A DNA stretch of 64,000 nt from Gammaproteobacteria bacterium (GCA_965202915.1 OZ241847.1:1665972-1729971); one strand, 5' to 3'; shown: positions 40,030 to 50,616, counted from the stretch's first letter. Program-made: numbers and translations. The notes: generated by a model not told the origin, from the sequence alone.

Positions 40030-40292
40030 GGAGCCCGTGACTCCCGTCGCGGGTAAAACCCACACCCAGCACGCCGGATTCCCCAACCCCCCCGGATTCC
40101 CAAACTGCACCGAGTCTTTGCCGAACAACACCAAACCACCCCAATTAACACCAAACCCCCCAACCCCCCTTGTCAGGGGGGCTACTGAGCGACGCCGGCA
40201 CCTTTCCCCCAACCAACACTGTGAGTCGTGCTGAGTTGCGGGTTGACGATAATGTTGATTGTTATATACCCGCGACGGGAGTCACGGGCTCC
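40030..40292. mobile_element. MITE-like element copy B (263 bp), same family and orientation as copy A.
   Basis: Identical TIRs. Its 5' module (caggag+hairpin+taaaacccacacccagcacgccggattcc) is homologous to the core unit of the 2133..2800 array. Confidence 0.8.
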
Positions 40293-40411
40293 TGTAACTA
40301 TAAGGCAACCGCCGGACAAAACCCGCCAGGCCGGATCTGCCGGGATCAAACAATATCTATTATGCTCGGCCTGCTTTACAATGTAAGCGATATGAACGGA
40401 ATGAGCCTGCA

Positions 40412-41443
40412 ATGATTAAAGCCGGAATTATTGGCGCCGCCGGTTACAGTGGCGTTGAATTAATGCGTCTGTTGCTGAGCCATCCCGAAGTTGATTTGCA
40501 TTGCGCGACCTCGGATACGGAAAATGGCAACAAAATAAGTGACTGTTTTCCGGGGTTTCGCGGGCACCTTGATTTGGTCTTCAGCGATCATGACGCTGAT
40601 TTGTTATTTCAGTCGGACGTGATTTTTTTTGCCACGCCGAGTGCGGTGGCGATGGCCAAAGCGGCGACGTATCTGGCAAAAAAGATCAGGATCATAGACC
40701 TGTCGGCTGATTTCCGTCTGCGGGATGAGACGACCTGGCAGCAGTGGTATGGGGTAAAACATGCCCATCCTGAGTTATTGCGGGAGGCCGTTTATGGCTT
40801 GCCTGAAATAAACCGGGAGCGAATAAAAACCGCGCAACTGGTTGCCAATCCGGGTTGTTACCCCACCGCCATCCTGTTGGCATTGATACCCCTTATGGAA
40901 ACCAACGGGATCGATGTTAATGAGATCATCGCGGATGCAAAATCCGGGGTCAGTGGCGCCGGTCGCCAACGGCGGCCGGAACAGGGCTACTGTGAAATTG
41001 ACGGTGGCTTCAGGGCCTATGCGGCTTCAGGGCACCGGCATTTGCCGGAAATATTGCAGATATTGCAGGTTTATAGCGAGGCCAAAATCGATTTGACTTT
41101 CGTCCCGCATCTGGCCCCGATGATACGCGGTATAGAGGCCACAATCTATGCCCGTTTAAGCGACGTCGGTGTCGATGTTCGGAGGCTTTATCAGGAGCGC
41201 TATCAAAATGAGTATTTTGTGGACGTGATGCCGGTCGGCGCACACCCGGACACGCGCTCGGTCAAAGCCACTAATCTATGCCGAATAGCATTGCATCGGC
41301 CCGGCGATGGTGATCGCCTGGTGGTGCTGTCGGTGCTTGATAACCTGGTTAAAGGGGCGGCCGGTCAGGCCGTGCAGAACATGAATCTTATGTTCGGTAT
41401 CGAGGAAAAGACCGGTCTCGTCAACCTGGCTGAGTGCCCTTGA
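40412..41443 (+). CDS. argC: N-acetyl-gamma-glutamyl-phosphate reductase.
   Basis: 343 aa with MIKAGIIGAAGYSGVELMRLL and the catalytic Cys region (ANPGCYPTA). Confidence 0.93.
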   Translation: MIKAGIIGAAGYSGVELMRLLLSHPEVDLHCATSDTENGNKISDCFPGFRGHLDLVFSDHDADLLFQSDVIFFATPSAVAMAKAATYLAKKIRIIDLSADFRLRDETTWQQWYGVKHAHPELLREAVYGLPEINRERIKTAQLVANPGCYPTAILLALIPLMETNGIDVNEIIADAKSGVSGAGRQRRPEQGYCEIDGGFRAYAASGHRHLPEILQILQVYSEAKIDLTFVPHLAPMIRGIEATIYARLSDVGVDVRRLYQERYQNEYFVDVMPVGAHPDTRSVKATNLCRIALHRPGDGDRLVVLSVLDNLVKGAAGQAVQNMNLMFGIEEKTGLVNLAECP

Positions 41444-41456
41444 TGGACGCAATCCC

Positions 41457-42173
41457 ATGCACAGGCTGATCGTTAAACCGCATCGCCCGTTATATTCTTA
41501 TCTGATCATGATAGCCGCGGGTATTGCGCTGTTTGCCGGCGTCTGGCTGCCGCTCAATTATTATCAGCCGAATATCGCTCAGGAGCTGGTGACGCCTAAG
41601 GACGTTCAGTCGTCGGAGGGGGGTAAGCGGCCGCTGGAGAGTGAAAATAAGGTATTGGCAGAAAAGATAATACGATTGGAACGCGATCTGCAGATAGACC
41701 GCATGACCGCTATCGCTCTACAGAAGGAGATCATGGAGCTACAGGGTAAAGTCGGTGAATTGACCGGTGAACTGGAATTTTATCAGAGCATTATGGGCTC
41801 AACTCAAAACTCCAATGGCTTGAATATACATAAATTGCTGGTCGAACCGATGAAAGCGCCATACTATTACCGCTTCAAACTTATATTAACGCACGTCGCC
41901 AAGGATCGTATTGTTGCGGTCGAGGGAGAGATGGATTTATTGATAGACGGAATAAAAGATGGTAATATGCAGATCTTGAAATTAAAGGACATAGTCGCCG
42001 ATGGTGAATGGGTGCCAAACTTCAAGTTCAAGAATTTCAAGCGCATTCATGGAAGTCTGGTTTTGCCGGAAGGGTTTGAACCGGTTAGAATAACCGCTCG
42101 GCTTGATCGCAAGGGGCGAAAAAATACGGTGATTGAAAAGACCCTGGATTGGTCGGACGCAATTAAACAATGA
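41457..42173 (+). CDS. Hypothetical membrane-anchored coiled-coil protein.
   Basis: 238 aa with an N-terminal TM (IMIAAGIALFAGVWLPL), a ~60-aa coiled coil and a C-terminal globular region. It overlaps the downstream bactofilin gene. Confidence 0.5.
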   Translation: MHRLIVKPHRPLYSYLIMIAAGIALFAGVWLPLNYYQPNIAQELVTPKDVQSSEGGKRPLESENKVLAEKIIRLERDLQIDRMTAIALQKEIMELQGKVGELTGELEFYQSIMGSTQNSNGLNIHKLLVEPMKAPYYYRFKLILTHVAKDRIVAVEGEMDLLIDGIKDGNMQILKLKDIVADGEWVPNFKFKNFKRIHGSLVLPEGFEPVRITARLDRKGRKNTVIEKTLDWSDAIKQ

Positions 42174-42183
42174 AGAGATAAAT

Positions 42184-42615
42184 ATGTTTGGCGGACAAAA
42201 AAAACGTAAATCCACGCGGATAGACACCTTGATTGGGCAATCCTCCAAATTTGCCGGTGATATTCATTTTAGTGGCGGACTGCATATTGATGGTACCGTC
42301 AAGGGTAACGTGTATGCGGAGCATGATGGTAAATCCATGCTATCGCTCAGCGAGTCCGGCCGTATTGAAGGCGAGGTGAAGGTTCCATTCGTGGTGCTCA
42401 ACGGGATCGTTATCGGTGACGTCCACGGAGGCGAGCACGTGCAACTCTCTCCGAAGGCAAATATTACCGGCAACGTGTATTATAATTTGATAGAAATAGC
42501 AATAGGCGCTGAAGTCAACGGCAAATTGGTGCGCTATACGGACGCCGAAGATGAACAATCAGAAGTCGATCATATTGACGTGCTGGAAACAGCCAATAAC
42601 GGAGGTTTAACATGA
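42184..42615 (+). CDS. Bactofilin family cytoskeletal protein.
   Basis: The N-terminus [44 protein letters not shown] matches the bactofilin (DUF583) beta-helical repeat pattern. ATG 42184 is taken as the start. Confidence 0.85.
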   Translation: MFGGQKKRKSTRIDTLIGQSSKFAGDIHFSGGLHIDGTVKGNVYAEHDGKSMLSLSESGRIEGEVKVPFVVLNGIVIGDVHGGEHVQLSPKANITGNVYYNLIEIAIGAEVNGKLVRYTDAEDEQSEVDHIDVLETANNGGLT

Positions 42616-42956
42616 CGGATCAGGAACAAAGCCCGGTTATTTTTACCGACGCCGCCGCCTCCAAGGTAAAACGACTCATTGCAGAGGAGGACAATGACGG
42701 GCTGATGCTGAGAGTATTTATCAGTGGTGGCGGTTGTTCGGGGTTTCAATATGGCTTTACCTTTGATGAAGATATGACTGAGGGCGACACGGTGGTGGAA
42801 AATGCCGGCGTCAAACTTTTAATCGATCCTATGAGTTTTCAATATCTGGCGGGGGCGGAGATAGACTATACCGAGGGCCTTGAAGGCGCACAGTTTTTGA
42901 TTCGCAATCCCAATGCCACCACAACCTGCGGCTGTGGCCAGTCTTTTACGGCTTGA
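42612..42956 (+). CDS. erpA: Iron-sulfur cluster insertion protein ErpA (HesB/IscA family).
   Basis: 114 aa with [14 protein letters not shown]...CGCGQSF, three conserved Cys. Confidence 0.9.
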   Translation: MTDQEQSPVIFTDAAASKVKRLIAEEDNDGLMLRVFISGGGCSGFQYGFTFDEDMTEGDTVVENAGVKLLIDPMSFQYLAGAEIDYTEGLEGAQFLIRNPNATTTCGCGQSFTA

Positions 42957-43012
42957 GCGTGAGGGTCGAAGTAGCTCTATGGGTGGCTCTATGGGCCGTT
43001 CTATGGGGGGCT

Positions 43013-43753
43013 CTATCGGCGTTCGGCTTCGGCTCTGGCGATGACCCAGATATCAAGATTGGCGATCTGCTGTTTTTTCAATAGTCGACTGATCTCATTC
43101 ACGGTTGCGCCGGTGGTGATCACGTCGTCCACCAGCGCGATTCTTTTGCCTTTATAACTATCGTTAAGCCTGAACGCCCTGGCAATGTTGCTCCTGCGCT
43201 GTCGTGCATTCAAGGTCGCCTGCGGTTTGGTGGGTCTGACGCGGCTTATGCCTTGACTGCGGCATTCGATCCCAAGCAATGAGGATAATTTCTCGGCAAA
43301 TAAAACCGATTGATTAAACCCGCGCCGGCACTGCCTTTGCCAATGCAGCGGCACCGGCAGCAGCAAATCCGGCGGATCGCGATAGTTGGATAGTTTGTCT
43401 TTATGAAAATAGTATGCAAAACAAGCGGCGAGCTCGGCAAAGTATTGATATTTGTATTTGCCGATGATGCGGTCCGAGGGGTAGCGATAATGATAAAGGG
43501 CCAGACAGGAATTGTAAGCGGGCGGGGCGGTGATGCAATTACCGCAAACTCCCTGATGGCCGACCGGCATGGAACATATCGCGCAATAGGGCGGATTAAT
43601 CAGCATATCCCGGTGGCATTGCCGGCACCAGGCCAGAGGGCTGTCGCCGCCACAGAGCAGGCAGTAACCGGCGCGTTTTATAACGCCACCGCGGTCTTTG
43701 GAGGCCAGTCCTTTGCAACGGCTCAGTATCCGGGAAATCCTTTTCAATGACAT
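43013..43753 (-). CDS. comF: ComF family protein (phosphoribosyltransferase-domain competence protein).
   Basis: 246 aa with N-terminal Cys pairs (CLLCGG...C..C) and the C-terminal PRTase motif IALVDDVITTGATV. Confidence 0.85.
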   Translation of the reverse strand: MSLKRISRILSRCKGLASKDRGGVIKRAGYCLLCGGDSPLAWCRQCHRDMLINPPYCAICSMPVGHQGVCGNCITAPPAYNSCLALYHYRYPSDRIIGKYKYQYFAELAACFAYYFHKDKLSNYRDPPDLLLPVPLHWQRQCRRGFNQSVLFAEKLSSLLGIECRSQGISRVRPTKPQATLNARQRRSNIARAFRLNDSYKGKRIALVDDVITTGATVNEISRLLKKQQIANLDIWVIARAEAERR

Positions 43754-43851
43754 GCTTATGAATCAACAACGATTATCGATGATTCATTATAAATGAATTA
43801 ATCACGTTATATAATGACCAGCTCCCCTGATCCGGTTAGGCCAGATAAATA

Positions 43852-44832
43852 ATGATAAGCGAACAAGCCGCTGAAGTCCGCACCAACGACACCGCCATAC
43901 GCCACGATTGGCAAATCGACGAGGTGGTCGATCTGCTGTCCGCGCCGATCTCTGAGCTGCTGTTCTCAGCCCAGGCAATCCATCGTCAATATTTTGACCC
44001 CAATACTATCCAGTTGAGCACCCTGGTGAACATCAAGACCGGCGGTTGCCCGGAGGATTGTGCCTATTGTCCGCAAAGCGCCCGTTATCATACCGGGGTG
44101 TCGGCGACGCCGATGATGAGCGTTGATGCGGTCAGGAAATCGGCCGAACGGGCCAGGGCCAACGGCGCCGGCCGTTTCTGTATGGGCGCCGCCTGGCGAC
44201 AACCGCGGGACCGTGATATTGAAACGGTGGTCGATATGATCAAAAGCGTCAAGGAGACCGGCCTTGAAAGTTGCGCGACCCTCGGCATGTTGACCGGCAA
44301 ACAGGCGCGCCGCCTGCAACGGGCGGGGCTTGATTTCTATAATCATAATCTCGATAGCTCCGCGTCTTTTTATAAAAAGATCATCTCCACCCGCGAATAT
44401 CAGGATCGTTTAACCACTCTGTCTCATGTCCGGGCGGCGGGTATTAAGGTCTGCTGCGGCGGTATCATAGGCATGGGTGAACGCATCACCGACCGGGCCG
44501 GGTTATTATTAACCCTGGCAAACATGGCCCGACATCCTGAAAGCGTGCCGATCAATTATCTGGTGAAAATTGCCGGCACGCCCCTTGAGGCGGTTGCCGA
44601 GGTCGATCCTTTTGATTTCATAAGAACCATAGCGGCGGCCAGGATCATGATGCCCAAATCGTGGGTCAGATTGGCCGCGGGCCGGGATCAGATGAATGAA
44701 CAAATGCAGGTGCTGTGTTTTCTTGCCGGCGCAAATTCGATATTCTACGGCGACAAATTGCTTACCGCAAAGAATCCTGAGATCCGCCGGGACCGGGCCT
44801 TGTTACAACGCCTGGGAATAAAACCCGCGTAA
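43852..44832 (+). CDS. bioB: Biotin synthase.
   Basis: Radical-SAM [11 protein letters not shown] and the overall BioB pattern. Confidence 0.95.
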   Translation: MISEQAAEVRTNDTAIRHDWQIDEVVDLLSAPISELLFSAQAIHRQYFDPNTIQLSTLVNIKTGGCPEDCAYCPQSARYHTGVSATPMMSVDAVRKSAERARANGAGRFCMGAAWRQPRDRDIETVVDMIKSVKETGLESCATLGMLTGKQARRLQRAGLDFYNHNLDSSASFYKKIISTREYQDRLTTLSHVRAAGIKVCCGGIIGMGERITDRAGLLLTLANMARHPESVPINYLVKIAGTPLEAVAEVDPFDFIRTIAAARIMMPKSWVRLAAGRDQMNEQMQVLCFLAGANSIFYGDKLLTAKNPEIRRDRALLQRLGIKPA

Positions 44833-44857
44833 AAACGGACATGACCGGGTCGCGTCA

Positions 44858-46024
44858 TTGAGCATTGCAAAGCAAGCATGGGCCGGCGAACTGCGGCAGA
44901 GAAAAATCGCTCATCTATCGCGTGTGCGACACAGAATCGACGCGGTCGATAACACCAGGATCACTCTGAATGGCAGACAGTTAGTCAATTTCTCCAGCAA
45001 TAATTACCTTGGGCTGGCGCAGCACCCCAATCTCAAACACGCCTTTATAAAGGCTGCCGAAATTTACGGCATGGGTGCCGGCGCCTCGCAATTGGTGTCC
45101 GGCTACAGCCACCCGGCAAGGCAACTGGAAGACGAGATCGCCGAGTTCACCGGCAGACAGCGAAGCATCCTGTTTTCAAGCGGTTATCTTGCCAACCTGA
45201 GCGCGGTTTCCTCGTTTCTCGACCACAAAGGCAGCGTCTATCTCGACCGGCTTTGTCATGCCTCGTTAATTGACGCGGCGTTATTGTCACGGGCAAAATT
45301 TAAACGCTATCGGCATGCCAGTGCCGAGTCTTTGAATCAATGCCTGAGCAAGGACCTTCGGGCAACAAAACTGGTGCTTACCGATACTATATTCAGCATG
45401 GATGGTGATTTTGCACCGGTACCTGAAATGGCAAAAATATGCGGTCATCATCGCGCGTTGCTGGTTGCGGATGATGCCCACGGCATTGGGGTAATGGGCG
45501 CAACCGGGGCCGGGTCGCTGGAGTATCTCAAGCTGTCCCAGGATGACGTGCCGGTATTGGTGGGCACCTTCAGCAAGGCCTTTGGCCTGTCCGGGGCGTT
45601 TATTGCGGGGTCAAATGAGCTGGTCGAAATGGTCATACAAAAAGGCCGTTCAGCCATATATTCAACCGCGTTAATGCCGGCCGTCGCGGCGGCGGCCAGT
45701 GAGGCGCTGAAGTTGATAAAAACCGAATCATGGCGCCGGGAGAAACTGTTCGATTTGATTCAATTCTTCAGATCGGAGAGCGTCAAGGCGGAATTGAACG
45801 TGCTGGATTCCAGTACGCCGGTGCAGTCTTTGATTATCGGCGCCAGCCAGGCGGCGGTGGAAGCCGGCAGGCAATTACTCGCCGCCGGATTTTATATCCC
45901 GGCAATACGCCCTCCAACCGTGCCGGCGGGAACGGCAAGGCTACGAATAACCCTCACCGCGGAGCATACGAAAAAGGATATAAAGACATTGCTGCAATCG
46001 CTGTCACGGCTAAGCCCGGCATGA
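44858..46024 (+). CDS. bioF: 8-amino-7-oxononanoate synthase.
   Basis: 388 aa PLP-dependent acyltransferase with the Lys motif region TFSKAFG. Placed between bioB and bioC. Confidence 0.9.
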   Translation: MSIAKQAWAGELRQRKIAHLSRVRHRIDAVDNTRITLNGRQLVNFSSNNYLGLAQHPNLKHAFIKAAEIYGMGAGASQLVSGYSHPARQLEDEIAEFTGRQRSILFSSGYLANLSAVSSFLDHKGSVYLDRLCHASLIDAALLSRAKFKRYRHASAESLNQCLSKDLRATKLVLTDTIFSMDGDFAPVPEMAKICGHHRALLVADDAHGIGVMGATGAGSLEYLKLSQDDVPVLVGTFSKAFGLSGAFIAGSNELVEMVIQKGRSAIYSTALMPAVAAAASEALKLIKTESWRREKLFDLIQFFRSESVKAELNVLDSSTPVQSLIIGASQAAVEAGRQLLAAGFYIPAIRPPTVPAGTARLRITLTAEHTKKDIKTLLQSLSRLSPA

Positions 46025-46146
46025 AAAAACATGTATCATTACCCTTAAAACCGGGCGATAGGGATGGCCTCCTGTTGTCGCCGTGCTTTGTTTATGCCAC
46101 AGGCTGATTTGTTGCGGAAGTTGTCTAATATGCGCCGGGATCAATA

Positions 46147-47031
46147 ATGGAAGATGATCATTTCATATCCCCCGATCAGATTAGGGCGGCATTTGACTCG
46201 GCGGCGAAAGAATATGATAAACACGCGGTATTGCAACGGACGGTGCTGGCCCATCTGATGGAGAGACTGGAATTAATCAGGCTAAACGGCGATACCCTCC
46301 TGGATTTGGGCGCCGGTACCGGCGGGGGGGGGAAACTGTTACGTAAACGCTTCAAAAAAGCGACCATTATCGCGGCCGATATCTCTCACGGCATGTTATT
46401 GCATTCGGCCAATCGGGGTATTTTATCGGGCAGAAAGCATTATCGAGTTTGTACCGACGCGCATGGGTTGCCGTTCACGGATAGTTTGTTTGAATTGGTG
46501 TTCACCAATCTAATGTTGCAGTGGAGCAGCGACGTCGACCGGGTGTTCGGCGAAATACGGCGGGTATTAAGGCCCGGCGGTCTGGTGGTATTCAGCAGTT
46601 TTGCCCCCGCTACCCTGCAAGAGCTGCGGCAAAGCTGGAACAGAGTCGATGACCGTATTCACGTCAATGCCTTTTATGACGTGCATGATCTTGGCGACGC
46701 CCTGGTCAGGGCCGGTCTGAGCGAGGCAGTGCTGGATACCGAAAATATCGTCGTCCAATATGCCAGATGCCGGGATTTATTAATGGATTTGAAGAAGATC
46801 GGCGCCGGCAACAGGGTGCATGGCCGGCGCAGGACCTTGACCGGCAAACAACGATTCCGGGACATGATGAATGCCTACGAGGCCCGCCGCAACGATGACG
46901 GCTTGCCGGCCACCTATGAAATCGTCTATGGTCATGCATGGAATGTGGGCGATGGGCCGGATCAGTCCGCCGTCGATGGCGAGCATATCGTGCCGCTGGA
47001 ACAAGTCACAAGATCGTTAAGGTCCCGCTGA
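46147..47031 (+). CDS. bioC: Malonyl-[ACP] O-methyltransferase.
   Basis: 294 aa SAM-MTase (LLDLGAGTGGG) in the bio operon. Confidence 0.8.
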   Translation: MEDDHFISPDQIRAAFDSAAKEYDKHAVLQRTVLAHLMERLELIRLNGDTLLDLGAGTGGGGKLLRKRFKKATIIAADISHGMLLHSANRGILSGRKHYRVCTDAHGLPFTDSLFELVFTNLMLQWSSDVDRVFGEIRRVLRPGGLVVFSSFAPATLQELRQSWNRVDDRIHVNAFYDVHDLGDALVRAGLSEAVLDTENIVVQYARCRDLLMDLKKIGAGNRVHGRRRTLTGKQRFRDMMNAYEARRNDDGLPATYEIVYGHAWNVGDGPDQSAVDGEHIVPLEQVTRSLRSR

Positions 47032-47033
47032 CA

Positions 47034-47726
47034 TTGGCCGGGGGCATTTTTGTAACCGGGACCGACACCGACGTCGGTAAAACCTGGTTTTGCCGGGGTC
47101 TGATGGCGGCGTTACAGGCTCAGGGTCGGACAGTCTGCGGCATGAAGCCGGTCGCGAGTGGCGCCAACGCCCGCCTGGTCAATGAAGATGCGCTGCAACT
47201 GCAACGGCAAAGCAGCATAGAGTTCGATTATCAACTGGTTAACCCGTTTGTCTATCGTCCCGCGATTGCTCCACATATTGCCGCTGAGCTGGCGGCCAAT
47301 CCGGTCAATCTTGATGTGTTGAAAAGCGCATTTGCGGCCATACAGTCGCGTTCGGAGCTGGTGATCGTTGAAGGCATAGGTGGCTGGCGGGTGCCGCTTT
47401 CCAAAGAGCTGTTCCTGCCTGAGCTGGTGCGGGCATTACGGTTACCGGTGATCATGGTAGTGGGGCTGCGGGTTGGCTGTCTAAATCACGCCATTTTAAC
47501 GGCCGAGGCAATAATGAGGGATAATATCAACCTGTTGGGTTGGGCCGCAAATTGTATCGACCCGGATTTTCAGTATCTGCAACATAACCTGGCGACCCTG
47601 GAACAAGCCATTAGCGCGCCGTTAATCGCACAAATTCCATATTTAACGGAATTAAATGTTGGCACCATCATGGAAGCGATAACAAACCGTCCGGGGGTTG
47701 ATTGGGATAAATGGTGCGATGGGTAA
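47034..47726 (+). CDS. bioD: Dethiobiotin synthetase.
   Basis: GIFVTGTDTDVGKT P-loop at the N-terminus. A TTG at 47034, immediately after the bioC stop, is preferred over the long overlapping ORF start at 46938. Confidence 0.8.
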   Translation: MAGGIFVTGTDTDVGKTWFCRGLMAALQAQGRTVCGMKPVASGANARLVNEDALQLQRQSSIEFDYQLVNPFVYRPAIAPHIAAELAANPVNLDVLKSAFAAIQSRSELVIVEGIGGWRVPLSKELFLPELVRALRLPVIMVVGLRVGCLNHAILTAEAIMRDNINLLGWAANCIDPDFQYLQHNLATLEQAISAPLIAQIPYLTELNVGTIMEAITNRPGVDWDKWCDG

Positions 47727-47834
47727 AATCCCGTATGAATTTGAGTGTGTTGATCCCAAAAAACGTGTAATACGTGTTGGACCGATACAGCGGGTTGATG
47801 CAGATCAGATATATTGATACCATGGCGTTTCATT

Positions 47835-47910
47835 TCCCCGGTAGCTCAGTTGGTAGAGCGGGTGACTGTTAATCACTAGGTCGGCGGTTCGAGCCCGTCC
47901 CGGGGAGCCA
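47835..47910 (+). tRNA. tRNA-Asn (anticodon GTT).
   Basis: 76 nt with acceptor tccccgg/ccgggga, anticodon loop cu-GUU-aa, TPsiC loop ttcgagc, and an encoded CCA. Confidence 0.9.
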
Positions 47911-48228
47911 GATTATTCATTAATAAGCAGATAACGTGCAATTTTCTCGAAAGATTGAGATGGGAAGACGGCAAGATGGGCCAAATTGACTGTATTGTGG
48001 ACTGACGCCCATTAAAATAAGAAAATTATTATTCATCACGATCACTATTAACACATGAGTATCTGTCCAATATGAACGGCATAACCGCAATTTTCATAAG
48101 CAGGCGCCGGCTCCATGGGGTTGTCGTTATGCTGGCTAAAGGAGTGGATGCATTGGGTCATGATCATGATCTTTGATCAACCCTGTGAACAAGCGAAATT
48201 CATTTCCTCAAAGACGGGTGGTACGCTG

Positions 48229-49122
48229 ATGGATGACGTTACTCAGGCCGGCTTTCATAAGAAAATCAACAGCCTGGAGTTAATTCACAGCGGCAAGGTC
48301 AGAGACAGCTATGCCGTTGATGACCAACATATGCTGATGGTTGCTTCTGATCGACTATCCGCGTTTGACGTGATTTTGCCCGATCTGATCCCGGGTAAAG
48401 GCCGGGTTCTGACCGCAGTATCCAACTTCTGGCTGGCACGCACGCGCGGTATTATCAGAAATCATTTAAGCGAATTGACCGTGGATGAGGTTGTTGCTGA
48501 CGCCGAGGAACGCCGGGTTTTGACGGGACGAAGCGTGGTTGTAAAAAGATTAACCCCGCTGCCGGTGGAGGCCATAGTGCGGGGTTATATCATCGGTTCC
48601 GCCTGGGAACAGTATCGCCAAACCGGGGCCATTTGTGGAATGACACTGCCATCGGGGTTGCGCCAGGCACAACGGCTGCCGGAGACGATTTTTACTCCCT
48701 CAACCAAAGCGGCGGTGGGTGATCATGATGAAGCCATGAGCTTTGAAAAAATGACCGATATGATCGGAGCGGCACTGGCCGAACGAATCAGACAAGCGAG
48801 TTTGCGGATATATGCCGAATCGGCCGGATATGCGCTACAACGCGGTATTATTATTGCCGACACTAAATTTGAATTTGGCCTGGACGAGGATAAGGAATTG
48901 GTTTTGATGGATGAAGTATTAACCCCGGATTCATCGCGTTTTTGGCCGGTCGATTCTTATCGGATGGATATGAGCCCTGCCTGCCTCGACAAACAATATG
49001 TGCGCGACTATCTGCAAACACTGGACTGGGATAAGACTGCGCCGGGGCCAAATCTGCCGCAGCAGGTGCTGCACCAGACCGCTGCGAAATATCGTGAAGT
49101 GGAACGAAGGTTAATTGCCTGA
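48229..49122 (+). CDS. purC: Phosphoribosylaminoimidazole-succinocarboxamide synthase (SAICAR synthetase).
   Basis: LIHSGKVRDSY...SDRLSAFD... motifs. ATG 48229 is chosen, because the ORF's upstream extension has no homology. Confidence 0.9.
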   Translation: MDDVTQAGFHKKINSLELIHSGKVRDSYAVDDQHMLMVASDRLSAFDVILPDLIPGKGRVLTAVSNFWLARTRGIIRNHLSELTVDEVVADAEERRVLTGRSVVVKRLTPLPVEAIVRGYIIGSAWEQYRQTGAICGMTLPSGLRQAQRLPETIFTPSTKAAVGDHDEAMSFEKMTDMIGAALAERIRQASLRIYAESAGYALQRGIIIADTKFEFGLDEDKELVLMDEVLTPDSSRFWPVDSYRMDMSPACLDKQYVRDYLQTLDWDKTAPGPNLPQQVLHQTAAKYREVERRLIA

Positions 49123-49767
49123 GTGGACGCAATTAATAAACTCATAGCCGGGTTTCACCGGTTTCGTGAACACTATTACGTGGCACGACCGGAGTTAATT
49201 GCACAACTGGTCAAACAAGGCCAATCACCGCAGACACTGGTGATCGCCTGTTGTGACTCCCGCGTGAATCCGGCGATGGTGCTGAATACCGAGCCCGGTG
49301 ATATTTTTGTCATTCGCAACGTCGCCAATATTGTTCCGCCCTGTGAAGATGATGGCAAATCCCACCACGGCACCGGCGCCGCAATAGAATTTGCAGTAAA
49401 ACATCTCGGCGTTAAGCATATTATCGTTTTTGGTCATAGTCAGTGCGGTGGCATTAGAAGTCTGATGGAAGGCAGGCACGCCGGCTCAGATTATGGCTTT
49501 ATTGACCCATGGATGAGCATACTCGCGTCGGCACAGGCACGGATACTAAAAGAATTTTCCGGGAGCCCTTTTGATGATCAGTGCCATCAATGCGAGCTGG
49601 CCGGCATAGAGGTTTCCCTGGATAATATTTGCAGTTTCCCATGGATAAAAAATAAAATGGCTCAAGGCGCTTTATATGTGCACGGCTGGTACTTTAATAT
49701 AGGCGCGGGTGAATTATTGAGAAAAGACCTTGAATCCGGCGAGTTTGTCCCGGTCGATCACAGCTAG
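49123..49767 (+). CDS. can: Beta-class carbonic anhydrase.
   Basis: 214 aa with CCDSRV, HGHSQCGG and other beta-CA zinc ligand motifs. Confidence 0.9.
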   Translation: MDAINKLIAGFHRFREHYYVARPELIAQLVKQGQSPQTLVIACCDSRVNPAMVLNTEPGDIFVIRNVANIVPPCEDDGKSHHGTGAAIEFAVKHLGVKHIIVFGHSQCGGIRSLMEGRHAGSDYGFIDPWMSILASAQARILKEFSGSPFDDQCHQCELAGIEVSLDNICSFPWIKNKMAQGALYVHGWYFNIGAGELLRKDLESGEFVPVDHS

Positions 49768-50048
49768 GCGGCTCGACCCGGACAGAAATTGGGGTTTTTA
49801 CCAAGGTTGACGGCAACCTTAGCATCGATCCCCTAAGCGATCAAAGGTGGTACTTGAAAGTAAAGGGTGAACCGGTCCGGAAAGATCAAACCGCAGCCAT
49901 AGGCCATGCCGGCAACAGGAATGGTCTGAAATAATGCGGCTGACATAACCAGACCAGCGGTATATAACAGGATGATATAGTGAAACAGAATAATTTTTGC
50001 CTCTTCGGGAAGGCAATCACCTGTTAAAATTTGGAATAATACCTGCGA

Positions 50049-50122
50049 TTGGGGGTTCGTCTAATGGTAGGACTGCGGACTCTGACTCCGCCAGTAGAGG
50101 TTCGAATCCTCTACCCCCAGCC
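50049..50122 (+). tRNA. tRNA-Gln (anticodon CTG).
   Basis: 74 nt with acceptor tgggggt/accccca and anticodon loop cu-CUG-ac. The 3' half is nearly identical to E. coli tRNA-Gln (ggttcgaatcc...cccagcca). Confidence 0.9.
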
Positions 50123-50616
50123 AATAAAATTCCAATAACATTCCAATAACATTCCGGGATCCCCTAAAAAATTGATTTCGCGGATGCGGAAGTTTTTGCG
50201 CCCGGCCGCGAATTTCGGAATATATCCGTCCTCATAAAAGATGATTTTCGGGTATAATAAATACAAATACCACCCGGATGAGGCTATTATGGCTGATTGC
50301 CCGGGTTATTTGAGGTGCCGGCCGGCGGTCGTCTGCGATAGTGATTGCCGGATCATGCAAATACTGCTATATTGACAGTCCGGCCGGTTTTGGGCTTTTT
50401 ATAATGGTGGACGTTCGTGGCAGGTGAAAAAACCAGCCCGGTCAACCCTATGGCCAACAAAACGGCGGTTACGGCTCAAGTTAAAGAGAATGCCCTGTTG
50501 AATACGGAACGCAGGGCTGAACGATTGCTTAGCTTGATATAAATTAAGTCAACAATGAAATGTGTGCTCCGACATAACTGAAGCAATGGTTAAGCGCGCA
50601 GACAAAGGATTTTAAA

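Noticed and set aside
39394-40212. 272-aa minus-strand ORF spanning both MITEs and the DUF1640 gene.
   Set aside because: It reads through two non-coding inverted-repeat elements and the antisense of a tandem-repeat gene, giving a low-complexity product (repeated ARRSFSMSALV).
42962-43015. Four tandem copies of a ~10-bp unit (gSYtctatgg) between the erpA and comF stops.
   Set aside because: It is a short degenerate microsatellite in a convergent intergenic spacer with no obvious function, though it might contribute to bidirectional termination.
46938-47033. Long 5' extension of the bioD ORF overlapping bioC by 94 nt.
   Set aside because: The extension has no BioD homology. A TTG at 47034, right after the bioC stop, precedes the conserved FVTGTDTDVGKT N-terminus.
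48115-48228. N-terminal extension of the purC ORF (MGLSLCWLKEWMHW...).
   Set aside because: It has no homology and an odd composition. The conserved SAICAR synthetase N-terminus begins at ATG 48229.
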